DNA of 63,916 nucleotides, counting the filler, from Basidioascus undulatus (taxonomy: Eukaryota): assembly GCA_000826855.1 (NCBI GenBank). It is 3 parts of 3 records of this genome, joined end to end, with 100 filler letters (N's around TTAATTAATTAA, not from the genome) between each part and the next. Parts side by side here need not be neighbours in the genome. Positions count along the whole stretch, not along the records: positions 1 to 21,330 come from JTLS01000334.1; positions 21,431 to 42,721 come from JTLS01000335.1; 1 more part is not named here. The stretch is one strand, 5' to 3'. A program made the translations under genes and the position numbers. The notes under the pieces were generated by a model, which saw only the letters and a list, made by a program, of their open reading frames with translations, was not told where the DNA came from and did no database searches. Below are positions 11,604 to 24,939 of this stretch, in pieces (the stretch's first letter is position 1; each line of letters begins with the position of its first letter).

Positions 11604-14600
11604 CTATACTCGGCTCACCACCTGCGCATCCCGCTTCGCAAACGCGTCCCGCAGCGCGTCGAACCCAAGCAGCGCATGCTGGCCAACGAGATCGCGCACG
11701 ACAGTCGTGAGCTCGTCGACGGACTGCGGGCGGACATCAGGAGCGCGTTGTCAGTAAAGGTGCAACACAGAGGAAGAAGGAAGGCTTCATTCACCGCCAG
11801 CAAGGACAAGAACGCCATTGCCGCTGTAGAGTTGACGCAGAAATTCTCGTCCTGCGGAAGTTGAGAAACGACCGGAGGTGAGCCAAGGGATGACAGATCA
11901 CTGGAAGGACGAATCAAATGAACCTTGAGCAAGTCAAGCGTGATCTCGTCCACACCGGTCGCGGCGCCGTCCACCCTTGTGGGGTCCGCATCAAGGCTCG
12001 ACAAACCGCTGCCCGTCCTCCTAGTACCAGTGTCGCTCGCAGCACCCCCCTTCACATCGGCCTCCTCCTCCTTCTCCCCGTGCACGCCGTCCTCGTCTTC
12101 CTTTTGCGCCGCCGCTTGTTGATGGTGCCCCCGGCGCTTGTACGTCTCGTGATAGATGACGCGATCGAGAAGCGGCGTGGGCAGGACGGAAGGGAGGGGC
12201 GCCGCGGTGCGGAGGGAGTGCGAGATGACGGACAGGACGGCGTGAAGATCGGCGAGGAAGTTCGGGTTCAGGAAAGCAGTCCTCCGCACGAAACGATGCC
12301 GCCATGGGCGGTCGAGGTGTTCCAGAGCATTGCTGAGTTGATGGAACGTCTGTCGAACATGAGGTAGTGAGCATTTACATGGTAGCCAAGAGATGGCAAG
12401 TAAATGCGCGAACCCTGAGAATGTTGAACTGCAGCTGCACGATACGAGTGTACTCATCCTTCGGCCAAGGGCCTCGGAGTTCTGACGAACGTGGTACCAC
12501 AGTCAACCGAGTTTCGGTGTGGAAGCTCCTGGAATGAAGTACTCACGAGGCTCCCATGCGGCAAACTCGATGGACGCCTGAACGCCCTTGAGCTTCACTG
12601 CGTTCGCAATTCCACGGTCGCGCAGACGCTTGAGGGCCTTGGACGCAGGCACGTCGGAGGTAGTCGACAAGGCATCGTCCTCTGAGATCCATGCCTCGAC
12701 GACCATCGCGTGCAGACGTGCAATCTCGTCTGTTGTGGTGGCCAGAGAGCGACGGACGAGGACTGGACAAGATCGCAGTCAGTGTATGCGAAGGGAAAAA
12801 CAAATGTTGACTTCGGACGCACTGCGTGTCGATGTCGGATGCGGGAAGAGCATGACAATTGTTGCACCGGCCACGCCGATGATAACGAGCAGTGCACTAG
12901 GCGCAGAAACGAGGAACAATGTAAGCGGGTACGCATGCCTATGGACAGTTTAGGATCTTACCGTCGCCATGCCACATCAGCCCCGACGCCTGAGTTGGAC
13001 AGCATCACTAGGTGGGTGCTGCGATAACGCAAGTCAGTTCCCTGTTGCACAGAAACATGCTCAGCCAACCGCTTACTCCATCCAAGAGTAGGTCACGACG
13101 AGCTGTGCAGACAAACGTCAGTTGCCATGAGCAGCGGAGCCGTGTCCTCCATGGAAGACGCACCACAGCGGTAACACCAGCCATGATTGCCTGCCGGTCC
13201 ACTCGTCAGCGGAAACCTGAAGGGCTGAGGGCAAGCACATTATACTGACCTCCATTTGATATGCGGGCGGGGTGTAGATGCGGAAAAAGAGAATGGGGAT
13301 GGCGAATACTCCCTGCGATGACGAACGCATGTAAGCGATTATTGCAGTCACCGCCGGCGTGCATGAATGATACGCACAAGCGATGCGCCCACGCCATATG
13401 GGTTTCCTGCAAAGCTCATCGTAAGCACAGGCTAACTGGCTGTCAGTCTCGAAGAAGCTCACCATCGCCGTGACCGCTGCCGATGTACTGCATGTCAAGT
13501 GCGTCAGCGTTGGAAGCCCAGACAGCCGTCGGACGCTCTGCTTACCCAAATGAGCATGCCGAGAACCAGACCTATCAACGTCCCCACGGTACGCTTGATG
13601 AGCGAGACGATCTGCGGCGAGAATCTGTCAGCACAGGATCAGACGACGCGGATATCAGCAAAGCCACACCTGATCGCCCGCGTAGACAGCCATTCCAGTC
13701 TGCGCCATGATGAGCGCCCACAGTCCGCGGTGCTCGTAGTCTACGGCGCAGGGTATCAGCGCAGGATCAACTGGATGGTGAAGTCACAACGCACTGAAGA
13801 ATGCGCTGGAGTGGAAAACTGCAGGCAGCCAGAGGGCGATCGACACGATGCCTGTGCGAAGCGCGAACATGGCCTGCTTGTAAAATCGTGAGTGGATGCT
13901 GTCAAGAGGACGATAAGCTCAAGTCCACCCACCTCCGCGGTGCCCAGCCAGCGATACAACGCGTGTATGCGCCGCGACAAGTGTCCCACGAATGAGTTGC
14001 TCGGGCGAGCGTCCGGATTGCGAACTGTGAAGGAGCGAACACTCTTGAGTATGGCAAATGGGAGAAACGAGGCATTACTATTCAAACGCGTACCGTAGCT
14101 CTTCTCCTCCTTTGTTTCCTTACTCTGCTCCTCGCCGTCCTCCGAGTCCTCCTCGATGCGCTGCACCCGGTCCGGGTCGGCTGCCTCGCCCGGCATGTTC
14201 GGCGCGCCGACCTCCTCGCGCTTGCGGCCTGCCAGAAGGTTCCCAATCTTGCGCAGACCCGTCGGGAGCCAGAGGCGGTTGTTCGGCCGCTTACGCTCGA
14301 GCTCGAGAAGGGTGTCGAGGAACGAGATGAGGGTGTCGGCGTATACGGTGAGGTTGACGGTGAACGTGAAGGCGAGCATGAGCGAGCGGGAGGAAAAAGA
14401 CGGGTCGGACGAGTGGCCATTCCGGATCGGACGGAGAGTGCCGGTCGTCGGGTCAAAGAAGGGCTCGAAGGGACGGAGGACGAGAAGGCGCTTGGAGGTG
14501 CGGAACTCGGCGAGCGCGGTGCGAAGGTTCGCCAGGTTAGCCTCGCGTTGCTCGAGACTCCCAGACTCCGCGGTCCGTCGGAAGTTGTAGCGGTGCTGCA

Positions 14601-16650
14601 ATCATTTCATCAGGTCTGAAACCACGCATGCAATCCCCACGACGTGGCGCACCTTGTTGCAGAACTCCAACCAATCCGTCGCATCCTTCAGAGCAGTCTC
14701 CGCGGCTTCTCTCAACAGTGCTGACGCCTCGTTCACGAGCGACAGCAGGACGTCCAGGCCGTGACCGTGCTCCTGCTCGGCCGAGTACAGCTTCTCGCGG
14801 AGCGCACGCATTCGGTGCGTGTCGCCGTGACGCTCGTAGGGCGCCAAGGCGATCTTGGCTTGCTTCGACAGGTACGAAGTGGCGAGCGAGTGGAAGGTGG
14901 TCAAACCAAGGAGGCGGATCAGCAGCTCTCCCAGCGGCTTCTCTACGGTATTGAGAAGAGCATCAGCGAAAGACATTTCCCATCCGTTTGAAAGAGCCCG
15001 CGAACGCACTTAGGCCGTTCAGGTCGGAGCCGCTGAACCGGCCGTATGTCGGCCTGCGGTGAAAGGGAGTCAGCGGAATCCACATTCTCAGATCTTGAAC
15101 AGACGCACTCGAGCTCGAGCATGCCCATGCGCCCCGCGAGCGCCTCCATTGCACCGATAAGTGCCAGCCTCTGCCCCGTGATCTTGGGCTCAAGCGCCTT
15201 CCAAGCTGCAGCGTCGAGGGGGTTGCCGAGAGTGAGTACCTCGCGCTGCGTGGCGACGAGTCCGTTCGCAGGGCGGAGGAACTTTTGAACAAGGCCATTC
15301 CTGCACAGAAGTGGCCTCAGTACGCATGCTCTAGATGAGTGAAAGCGGTGCGACTCGCGTCCACTCGTGGTTCAGCGTGCGCGGGAAAATGAAGACGAGT
15401 GAAGCGAGGGCGATGGCGAGGTAGCAGGCCGTAGGGATGAGGAAGAGATTGGCCTGCCGGACTAAGCTCAGCTATACATATGAGTATTCGGAAGGGGAAA
15501 AAGGCTCACGAGTTGATAATCTGGGTGCAGGAAGTCAGAATGCTGCGGCTGCCGACATCTATGGTACTCACAGGGGAATGGGAACAGCACGCCATACGAG
15601 CAAATGACGTCCAAAATAATGGTGCTGGAAGCAGATCTTCCATCAGCGGAAGACTCGTCAAATCAGCGTGTCCTCAACTCACCCGAAGATCTGCCGTAGC
15701 CGACCTCGTCAGTGAATGTGCTTCCTGACGTGAAGGATCAGCACTCACAGAAAAGATCATGAGATTAGGCTGGTATGCGCGTAATACCGCCAGGAAATAG
15801 CACCCAATGAAGAAAAAGACGCCGATGACGGTTGATGAACTGCATAGATGGCAAGAGACGTCAGAGGGCATGATGATGGGCGTCTGAGACGAGAGGTCGC
15901 TTGCCGAGGGTCGAGGAACTGGAAAGCATCGTAAGCTCGGAAGTTCGCACAGAGAGTATAGTGCTACGTACCTCGCCCTGAAAAATGGACAGCTGATACA
16001 GCGCCTCCTGTTGCGTCTGCGGCGCGTTCACCAAGCTGGGTGTGGGAACCTGTTCAGAACAGACGTCCCTCCACAATCACCCTTGCCGAGAGTCCTCGCA
16101 CCTCGCCTGCACCCTCTGCACCGAGCTTGCAAGCAGCACCTGATCTCTGGCCATCGCTCCTGCGCGCAGAGCTGCGGAGCTCCACGCCCACCCGACCTGG
16201 CGGTGCCAACAATGGCTCAGCGATTGACTTCGCAGTTGTGGAGACATACGGTACTCACCATCACGCCGAGGATGAGTGTGAGCGCGGCGAATACGAAAAG
16301 CACTATCGGCATCATAGGGGGAAGCATGGTCGCTTCAAAGAAAAAATAAACAAAATTAGTCAAAAATGTAGTCTGCTGTCGACGGCTCAGTGTAGCGACG
16401 AACCGCCTATACAGCCGAAGAGGGCGGCATTGCCGAGCACATTGAGCGATGGCTGGCAGAGGATGAGCACGAAAGCCCCGAAGAAGGCGGCCCAGCATCG
16501 AAAGAGCTTCTTGTACTCGTCCGGGGAGGTGAGAGGGGTAGATATCCACGCCGGAAGCTTGGACAGGAGCGTCGGTTTGGAAGCAGGCGTCGCGGGTGGG
16601 TCCGCAGCAGCCGCCTGCTTCTCAGACGGCGACATGTTCGGGGTCGCCAT
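11604..16650 (-). CDS. Large multi-pass membrane protein, ArAE_2_N (putative ER transporter 6TM) / FUSC-like / DUF2421 (Bre4-like) family; many exons
   Basis: N-terminal PAWIS...YKKLFRCWAAF...SLNVLGNAALF and PPMMPIVLF, central RLWLPTGLRKIG and RNPDARP, and a C-terminal helical domain with PLPSVLPTPLLDR. The last exon ends VDELTTVVRDLVGQHALLGF...SRV*. Confidence 0.75.
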
Positions 16651-17813
16651 TGAGGCGCGGCGACGTTAGTGATAAGACTAAGGAGTGTGGGCGACAATAA
16701 TTCGAAGTAAGTGATGGGGTGAGCAGTGCAGATCGAGAAGACGGTCTTCGAAGAGGAGGCGAAGGGGGCGCAATGAAGCCTCTGGCTAAGGGTCGGGCGC
16801 CGTGGGAAGGCGCGGCGCGAAGGGGACGCGCCGCGACACACGTGTTTACATTCTCTGTCGGGCCCGGCAATCTGGACCGAGACGACGGGTGTGGAAGCCC
16901 GCCGTCTCAAATAAAATTCATTATGGAGGTCTAACTACATACACAATGAGTACTAGAAATCGGACGGCCTGTCGTAGTTGAAGGACCAGAAAGCGATACT
17001 ATGATGATCAATGAAAGGGGCGAGCGGATGTGGCTACTGGACAATGTCCTTTCATCGGACTGCTACTGGGTGTGATCGTTGTTACAGAAATCAGTGCCCC
17101 CTGATGTCTCACTAGAAGAGGTTCACCCATCAGGTGAATGGCCGCGAAGGCCTTATGAAACTGTCCTTGACAAGTCCATGTGCGGTTCAGCGCTGGAACA
17201 TATGGCAGGAAGGAACAGGCGCTGGCCTCTTTGTCACTGTCACCGTTTCTTCTCTTTCTGAATTTTGAAGGACACATTGTTATCATAAAAAGCTTTGGAT
17301 GATGAGAATTTACCCACATTGCTTGCTATCAGCAGGTCTGGCGCGGAAGATACAAACAAGAAGTCACGCATCTCGCCCAATCTCTCTTTCCTCCAAACCC
17401 AATGGGTAGGACATCCCATGTCATGGAAAAACCCAAGTCTAACTTTGTAAAAATTTCACAATACGTGGTCAGTGATCTCAAATCGTGGTGGGTGCCACCA
17501 GGGCGACCCGATGTACAGCCGTTACAGGACAGCAGGTCGAACGCATCATAAAGGTATGTTGTTGTGTAGTTTTGAAATAAGGGGAACAGGAACGATCGCA
17601 ATAATCAGCCATATAATTGGGGTGGCGCCGAATGAGCGGGTAGACGTGAAGCGGTGTCCCCAAATATTCCTCTTTCCTCTGCTCCACCATCAACCTCCCT
17701 TGCACCCACTCTACTTCTACTTGCTATGAGCTCCCAATCTAGGTGGCACAATTCTATACATTGTATGCCCCGCTGGAATACCTCATCTGAACACCCTCGG
17801 CACAGCCGTATCA

Positions 17814-19510
17814 ATGCTCTACCTGCTCCCCGCCAACGTCGTTCGCCGCGTTGCGGACTTCTGTTCGCCCTGAGACCGCCTCCAGCTGCTGCTCGTTTCT
17901 CACCGCGGTCGGTCGATGGCTCTCTCCGGGTCGTACAGTGCGTTTAAAGCCCCTCGTACTGTCGATCCTGCTGCGGCGCTCATATGCTCTCCATAGCGCA
18001 TGTCCCGCTGTCTCCGCTGACACGCCTGCCGCCGGAGCTACTCCTCCTCATCGCCTCCCACCTTCCGCGAAAGGCCTAGCCGTCCTCTGCGAACCTCGCA
18101 TTACATCCAGAGCATTGCGCTTCCCCGCTTGTACGAGACGCTCGACCTCAGCTTCACGCCTGCACAGAAAGGCTTCCGGCGCGCCTCTGCCAAAGTCGCG
18201 TCTCTCTCGTGCGCACTGTCCGCATCCCCACTCTTCCTACCCACGAGACGGAGATGATTTTGCCTTCGAGGCCTGCCAAGCGGGCGATTCTCGTGAGGAT
18301 GGGAAGGCTTAACAGGCTCCAGCTTCTGGGACCCAATATATGTCTAGAGAGTTCCGAGCAACTGCAGGAAATCAAGGCGGGAGGGTGCTGGGGCTCAAGG
18401 AGATCGAGATCGTCAACGTCGGTGCTTATGACGCTCGTACAAGAGATACGTGTCTAACCGTGCAGGTGTGCTACAACAATGGCTGACTAGAGGTCTGTTC
18501 GCGGTTCTGCTCGGCAGCTTTCGATCTTCAGCTCTCTCGGGCACATTACTCTATGCTTCGCCATCGCGCATGAACCAACATTGAGCATGCTCGACGCGTT
18601 TCTTTCGGGGCTGCACGTTGCCCACCCTCTTATCTATCATCTTGCCTTGAGCAACTAGGACTTCAGCAGCGAAGTCGCCTCTCTCCGCTTTGGCAGTACT
18701 CATACTGGAAACCCTCGATCGCTGAACCCGCTCCTCGATGTCTCGCCAAACGCTGTTGAGCACCTCCGCCATCTTTCGCTCTTCTACTTCTCTCGTCCCG
18801 ACCCCTATATTTTTTGCGAGGTTCCTGTCCACCGAGGCGCCCAACCTCGAGGAGCTCCTACTCGACGCTAACTGCGCGCTTCTTCTCAACCGGCCCTCTC
18901 CCTCGCTTCCACGTCTTCAGAAGCTTACACGTGGACTCAGCCTGTTTCTTGCGCTCGTTTCTGGCAAGGGACCTCTCCACAACTTGATGTCCGAGCTTAC
19001 TCTGCTCGCGGCCATTGACGTGCGTTTCATCGATCCGCATGATCAGCCGCATGCTTTCCAACAGGACGCACTGTCCGCCTTTCTCAGCCGCATGCCGAAA
19101 CTCCTTCCTTCGGTAGCGATTCCGACCAGGCTGTCATCGAAGCGACGCTGCGCCGCCTGAGCGAGACGGCGCCGCGCCTCGAGTACCTCTGCCTGGCTAT
19201 GCAGTTCGGAGTGCGTCCCCGATCCTTCCCTGCTTTAAGCCTCCCTTCATTCGGACTCCCCACCGAGCTATTCCAATAATTCCTACCCCTTACGCTACAG
19301 GCCTACAACCTCCCCGTCTTTCCTGCGCTTCGCATGCTTCGCGCCGGCGGTAGAGTGCCTTCAATGAACTACACGTGGGAGCAGCTGAGCGAGTTCACGG
19401 CCGCCTGCAAGGCGCTGGAGCGTGTTGAGCTGGAAGGTCTCGACGAGTGCAAAGAGGAGCATGTGAGGGTTGGGAATCCGAGGCAGCCGGATGCCGGCAG
19501 CATTCACTGA
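17814..19510 (+). pseudogene. F-box/LRR protein pseudogene
   Basis: MLYLLPANVVRRVADFCSP*DRLQLLLVSHR is an F-box motif interrupted by TGA at 17871. Downstream LRR-like pieces (APNLEELLLD, LPRLQKL, APRLEYLCL) lie in shifting frames. Confidence 0.55.
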
Positions 19511-20425
19511 GGGGGGCTTGCGGCGCTTGATCGCGTTGTGTTTTCTTGGCGGTTGAATGCATTTTCTGAACTTGACCTTCGAGTGCAATGCTTTCAAGCC
19601 TCGAAGTTAATGAGAATACGGCCATCGCTGAAAGACCAAGAACCGATTCTTATTCTCGTACCTCGGCTGCCAATTTGCGAGGTCCCGGTTGTTGCACCGC
19701 GCGTGTTCCAGCCGAGAGCCTTACAACCAGGAGGTGGAGAAAGGCATGTAACACTGGTCGATTATTAACTTCACTACTTTGGAGACCTTAAAAGAAAGTG
19801 TGCTACTTGTGGGCCGCATGCTGTATCGGTTGTCCTCCTGCCAAATTCTTTTATTCTTTGGGCGTTTGCCAGGACTGCCCATCTGGTTCATCCTTCCGAC
19901 TAGATGTGTCGATGAGGTAGTACGCTTACTGCTGAAAATCATCTTAATTCCTTGGTGGCCCATTCTATCCTCCAGCTCATGTCCGACTGCCCTGCCAAGC
20001 AAAATCTCCGTTCAAGATTCAGTGCACCCTGACACAGCGCTGCCACTGCGTATGAAGGCCATTTCTTTGAATGCAGCGCTGTGTCGACAATCGAGATTCG
20101 CATTGGGGCCCGCAATGTAGCGAACATTATACTGTTTGACTGAAGATAGGACTCCGCGTCTTTGCGAAAACCCATATGGACATCCTCCGTATCGAGCGCA
20201 CTCCCTCACGCAGTCGCAATCCGCATTTGCGCCCGCATCCCAAGATATTTTACGCGAGCAAAAGCAACACCAAGCCGATGCACAAAAACTAGCAAAACAA
20301 TAGTCGAAGCACAGAAACAAAGCGTGTCTAATCACAGTAACGAAGGAGAAGAGCAGCACAAAACACGCGCAAGATGGGCGCCGTAAGAAAGGGACGGGAA
20401 CGGGACCGGGGGGATGGGAGGGATA

Positions 20426-21330
20426 TCAGAGGTCGACCATGAGCTTGGGGGGTAGGAGGCTGGGCGGGCTCGGGAGCGGGACCTTGGCGGGGGGGACGTT
20501 GGCCTCCTCCTCCTCGGGGTATCGCTCGCGGGTCTTCTCGATATCGTCTGTCCGCCCGAAATCCGCCCGCCCAACACGCATCAGCCTTCTTCTCCCACAC
20601 AAAGTGGGAGCGGAGAGAGAGAACGCACCCAAGATAGCCTCATAGCACCACTCCACGGCATCAGCCGCCCAAAAGAAGTCGCAGTGCTCTCCGGTCTCGA
20701 GCCTCTCCACGCGCAGCACGCGGACATCGCGCTCGTGCTCGCGTAGGCGCTCGAGGAGCGGCTCGAGGAGGACGAGGTAGTCCATGTCGCCCGCCCAGAT
20801 CGAGAGCGGGGGGAATGTCCGCGCGTCAAACCATTTGGGTTGCGCCGGATCCAAAGTGCACCCGCGCTGCGCGAAGCCGCCTTTGCCGGCCCACCTGTCG
20901 AGGCGACGCAGGGGTGAGAGGGGAGGGGATGGGAGAGGGAAGAGGAGGGGGTGGCGCACCAGAAGATGGACTTGCTCGAGACGGGCGAGGGCGTGAAGCG
21001 GAACATCTTGGCTTTGCGGCGCTTGAGCCAGTTCTGTGGGTCCGAAACGCTGCATCAGTTCCAGCTTTCCAGCTCCACAGCGCCAGCACAAAGCGGAAGG
21101 GGAAGAACGCACCTTGTCCGTCCAGGAAAACAAGAACGCAAACATCTGGTATCCCAAAAGCGCGAACGCCCTCTTCGGCGTGTAGTTGTACGCCCACGTC
21201 TGTTCACGCACCCCCAACACAATCAGCAACCCTTCCTCCCCTTCTTTCATTCCTCCCCCTTCTTCCTCCCCCTTCTTCTCTACCTCAATTCTCTCTCCGA
21301 TCTCCTTCCCCAATACCCTCCTCCCATCCG
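20426..21330 (-). CDS. Alpha/beta-hydrolase lipase / sterol esterase (Yeh/Tgl1-like), 3' part; truncated by the contig end
   Basis: LLGYQMFAFLFSWTD, KMFRFTPSPVSSKSIFW-WAGKGGF, PPLSIWAGDMDYLV (catalytic Asp) and GEHCDFFWAADAVEWCY (catalytic His). Confidence 0.8.
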
Positions 21331-21430
21331 NNNNNNNNNNNNNNNNNNNNNNNNNNNNNNNNNNNNNNNNNNNNTTAATTAATTAANNNNNNNNNNNNNN
21401 NNNNNNNNNNNNNNNNNNNNNNNNNNNNNN
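21331..21430. other. Artificial contig linker (Ns with a six-frame stop TTAATTAATTAA)
   Basis: 100-bp N run with TTAATTAATTAA at 21375-21386. The lipase gene is cut and does not continue after it. Confidence 0.97.
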
Positions 21431-23731
21431 TAAGCTTGCGTGAGGGTAGTGGTAACCTGGGTCGTTGCCATCCGACGTCGACCCGCCCCGTGTTCGATTC
21501 TGTAAGGCCGGACGCGCACGAGCCGTTCCGGCTCGTCCGGCCTCACATTTTCAGTTCGCTCGGTCCCCCTCGCTCGCCGTTCCTTTCCTTTCTCCCGTCT
21601 CTCTCTTTCCCTTTCTCTCTTCCTTAACCATCGCTATATTAATTGGCTCGCTCTCGCTACACACGCCATCAATGTACCGCGGTTCGACTATAGACGACGT
21701 TAGCATTTCTTGCGCGTGCCCGCTGAGCCAGCCTAGTAGGGACGAGCCCTACAGATTCACGGCTCAAGCATTTTTGGTCTGGTCCTCCAGAGGCTGTGGG
21801 GAACCGGATACTTTTGCTTGCTTTTGCTGAGCGAGGTGGGAATGGACAAGATTGGGCAAGCAAACGACAAGCAGGCTGTCGAATCATGATGAGTTTCACA
21901 GCAGACGCCATTTTCTAGCTTGCTTCTTGTTTCTAGGAACGGGTACGAGCTCCCTGATAGTGTCGAGGTTGGTATGATGCATATGGGTAGGGAAGCAACA
22001 AATTTACGTTGTGTTGATGTTGACCAGTGAGATACCGTTGTTGGCACTTGGGCGATTGATGGACGCTGTGTAGAAGCGGGATGCAAGAACCGAACATTGA
22101 CAGGAATCTTGAAGGCTTGTAATTAGTTCGTTATAGTCATGAGCAAGAGATGCCCTCCCCACACACAGTCTCACCACTCCACCTGCCCCATCCTAATCGC
22201 CTCAAGCGCCCGCTCCAGCACCCAGTGCTCAGGGTTCCCAGCCGTCAAGCTGCTCTCGCCCACCACGCACGGGGATCCCCACCGAGCATAGTCTGAGGCT
22301 GCACCACGGTGCCACGGTGCACAAAGAAGGACATCAGAGACAGCTGCGTAGGCAGTGAAGAGCAACGACCCACGAAAGAAGCTTTGATGCACCTCTTCGA
22401 GATCGGGTTGCTCATACAGGGTGCGGTGGGGGTCGAGAGTAGAGGCGAGACGGACTGCGTGGACTGAAGGGATGAGTGAGGTTCAGTTTCACAACATTCG
22501 ATCAGTGGAGAGAGAAGTACGAGCACCCACCATCAAGTCATAGGCTTTCTCATCAGTAATGCTGAGCGACTTCGCCACGCGCCTCCAGTCACGCAACACA
22601 CATACACGGAGTGAGGGATTGGGGGGGCGCCGCGAGCCATCAGCCTTCTTTGCAACCTCCTTGTCCCCCGGATGCGACTGCTCCGTTACTCCCGGCGGGA
22701 GATCATCGTTAGGGATGAGAGCGCGGTCGCTGTCGGAATGTCAGCGCTAAAGAAACTGCCATGGGGGGAACTTTGGTAGGCGGACATTGAGGATGGAAAC
22801 GGCGAATGGGAACAGGCAGAAGGCGCAAGGCAGGGAGGGCATGTTACGCTATGCAGGGGGTGCAACCAGCCAGTCACATCGTCTCGTATACTTCCGAAAC
22901 ACGTTCCACTGAGGCATTCTTCTCATTACATGTCACAATCAGCAAACGCTCATGCTTGATTCCAGAGACGTCGTTTGGAAAGCACACCGCTGCCCATGAG
23001 CTTCGAACATATGCTCTGAATGTGGAGCCTGCATGCTGTCGCCCAAGGGCTCAGTGACAAGTGTTTGAAAAACCACCTGCGTAATCCATCAAACATGGCG
23101 GCCCAACTTGCGTAGCTGGTCGGCGGCAGGTAGCACCGCATGACACCTTCGTGCAAGCAAATGCCATCTTGCGGCGTTAGTGCCGCAGAGCTGTTCATGG
23201 TGGAAAGACGAGAGGACGCCTGCTCTGCGTTCAAACAGTGGTAGTCTGAATTCACATAAGATTGGCGCTGCTACCTAGCGAAACACGCGCAATCCCTCAA
23301 CCCGTAGAACAACCCGAACATGGATCAACCGATGGAAAGCCGCCTGGACGCGTTGCCCCCTTCACTGCTAGACAAAGCTTTGTAGGGCGAAGAGGAAACA
23401 TTGTCCTCAATCGCCAAACGAGTCCCTCGCATTTCGAGTACTACGTCATCGGGAGAGTGAAGGCGGGAACGTCAGGAAGAGCAGCAGGAGAGTGATGATC
23501 ACTGAAGGGGCGCAATGCCCGCGTTCACAGCGATCTTCGTGTTAAGCTTACAGTGCTCAACAAACACACGATACTGTTCGAGCACGAAGAGGTGCGATGT
23601 GCTGCTTAGATGGTCAGGCGCAGGGTACAGCGTCACACTGAACTTATCCTTGCCGTGCTCAGCCACTGCATCACGGAACAGACCTGTCGATAGTTATGCT
23701 CGGCGAGTCTGCGTGTGAAATTCACCGTCAT

Positions 23732-24200
23732 TCATGAGAGCCCACCAACGTTTGGGTCATCACAGCGGATCACATAGTTCCCAGGAATCGTCGTACTGTA
23801 GTACTGAGATGAGATAGGACCGATAGACTTCACCAGCTCTGGATCGGGTTTACTATTAGGCATACGGAAACGGTATGTACCGATTGCTGACAAAGCAGTC
23901 AACTCGCGATACTCATTCTCTGAGACTGGAACAGCCGTACATAAACCGAGTACAGCGCATACAACCTCGTACGTACGAGGGACACCACTGTAGAAGTACT
24001 CTTCAGCCAAGTCATAGCGATTATCGGCGCCGAACTCTGCGAATAGTCGATCCCGAGCCTTCTCGAGTGCAGTCATGGCTTCACCAAACGGTCGCTCGTA
24101 CAGGACGATCTCGTCAGATTCGTTACTCTCGTCTGCAGAGCACCGATCTCGTCGGGATCCACGGAGTAAACGCTGACAGGAGCGGCTGTAGCACTTCCAC
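23732..24200 (-). CDS. Orphan ORF, unknown product
   Basis: Stop-free, protein-like frame ...DEIVLYERPFGEAMTALEKARDRLFAEFGADNRYDLAEEYFYSG...; no family recognised. Confidence 0.3.
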
Positions 24201-24939
24201 TAGTAATCGTACAAGCGGAACCACTCTCCGATGAGACTGTTGTACTGTCAGTCAAAACGTTCAGACCTGTTTCCTTGTCAGTATTACTGGATCGGCTGCT
24301 GGTACTGTAGCCACGCGACGGCTACAACATCGAACATCGACGGCCCAACCTGACACAGCCTGCTACGGTACAGTACTGACAGTCGGGCCTGAATCAAGGC
24401 CAGCAGTACGGCGCCCGAAGCATTGTGAGATAATAGCAGACTCAGGTTAGAACAGCCTACTGCAGTACAGTCAACCACCGTGACACTCGGAGTTCGGCGT
24501 TACTTGGCTGTTTTTTTGGGGGGGCCGTCAGTCAGTGCTTAAGCCCAAGAGGAATCGAACCTCTGCTTGGCAATTATCGGCTGCCCGTTCTGCCACGGAA
24601 TTATGGGCTTGGCTGCGTGCTTCCTTTACTGCCTGCAGGGTATCTTGAGACAATGACAGTGACGGACTCGCTGTCTGACACCACTTACTCGACTGCCTCG
24701 CACTGACTTGACCGACACGGCTGAGACTCGCAGTGGAAGCTCTACAGTTAAAGGGGAAAAGCCGTAATCTCGGGAGAGCACAAATGAATATAGAGACCCA
24801 GAATGCTGGATTACGAGGCCGCCTTGGCTGCGAGGGTGGCATGCAGTGTTCAGATAGGACGTACCATCGGCAGACTGGAGTCGGGGCCGTTCCACGTTGT
24901 TGTGATCAGCTATTCACCCGTCCCAATTAGCTAATCTCT

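Noticed and set aside
21375..21386. TTAATTAATTAA as a biological motif (piggyBac TSD or PacI site)
   Set aside because: It is embedded in Ns and repeated identically at 42766, so it is a synthetic linker.
17001..21960. Possible C/D-box snoRNAs (ATGATGA...CTGA at ~17001-17104 and ~21887-21957)
   Set aside because: There is no convincing terminal stem or recognisable rRNA-complementary guide, and these motifs occur by chance.
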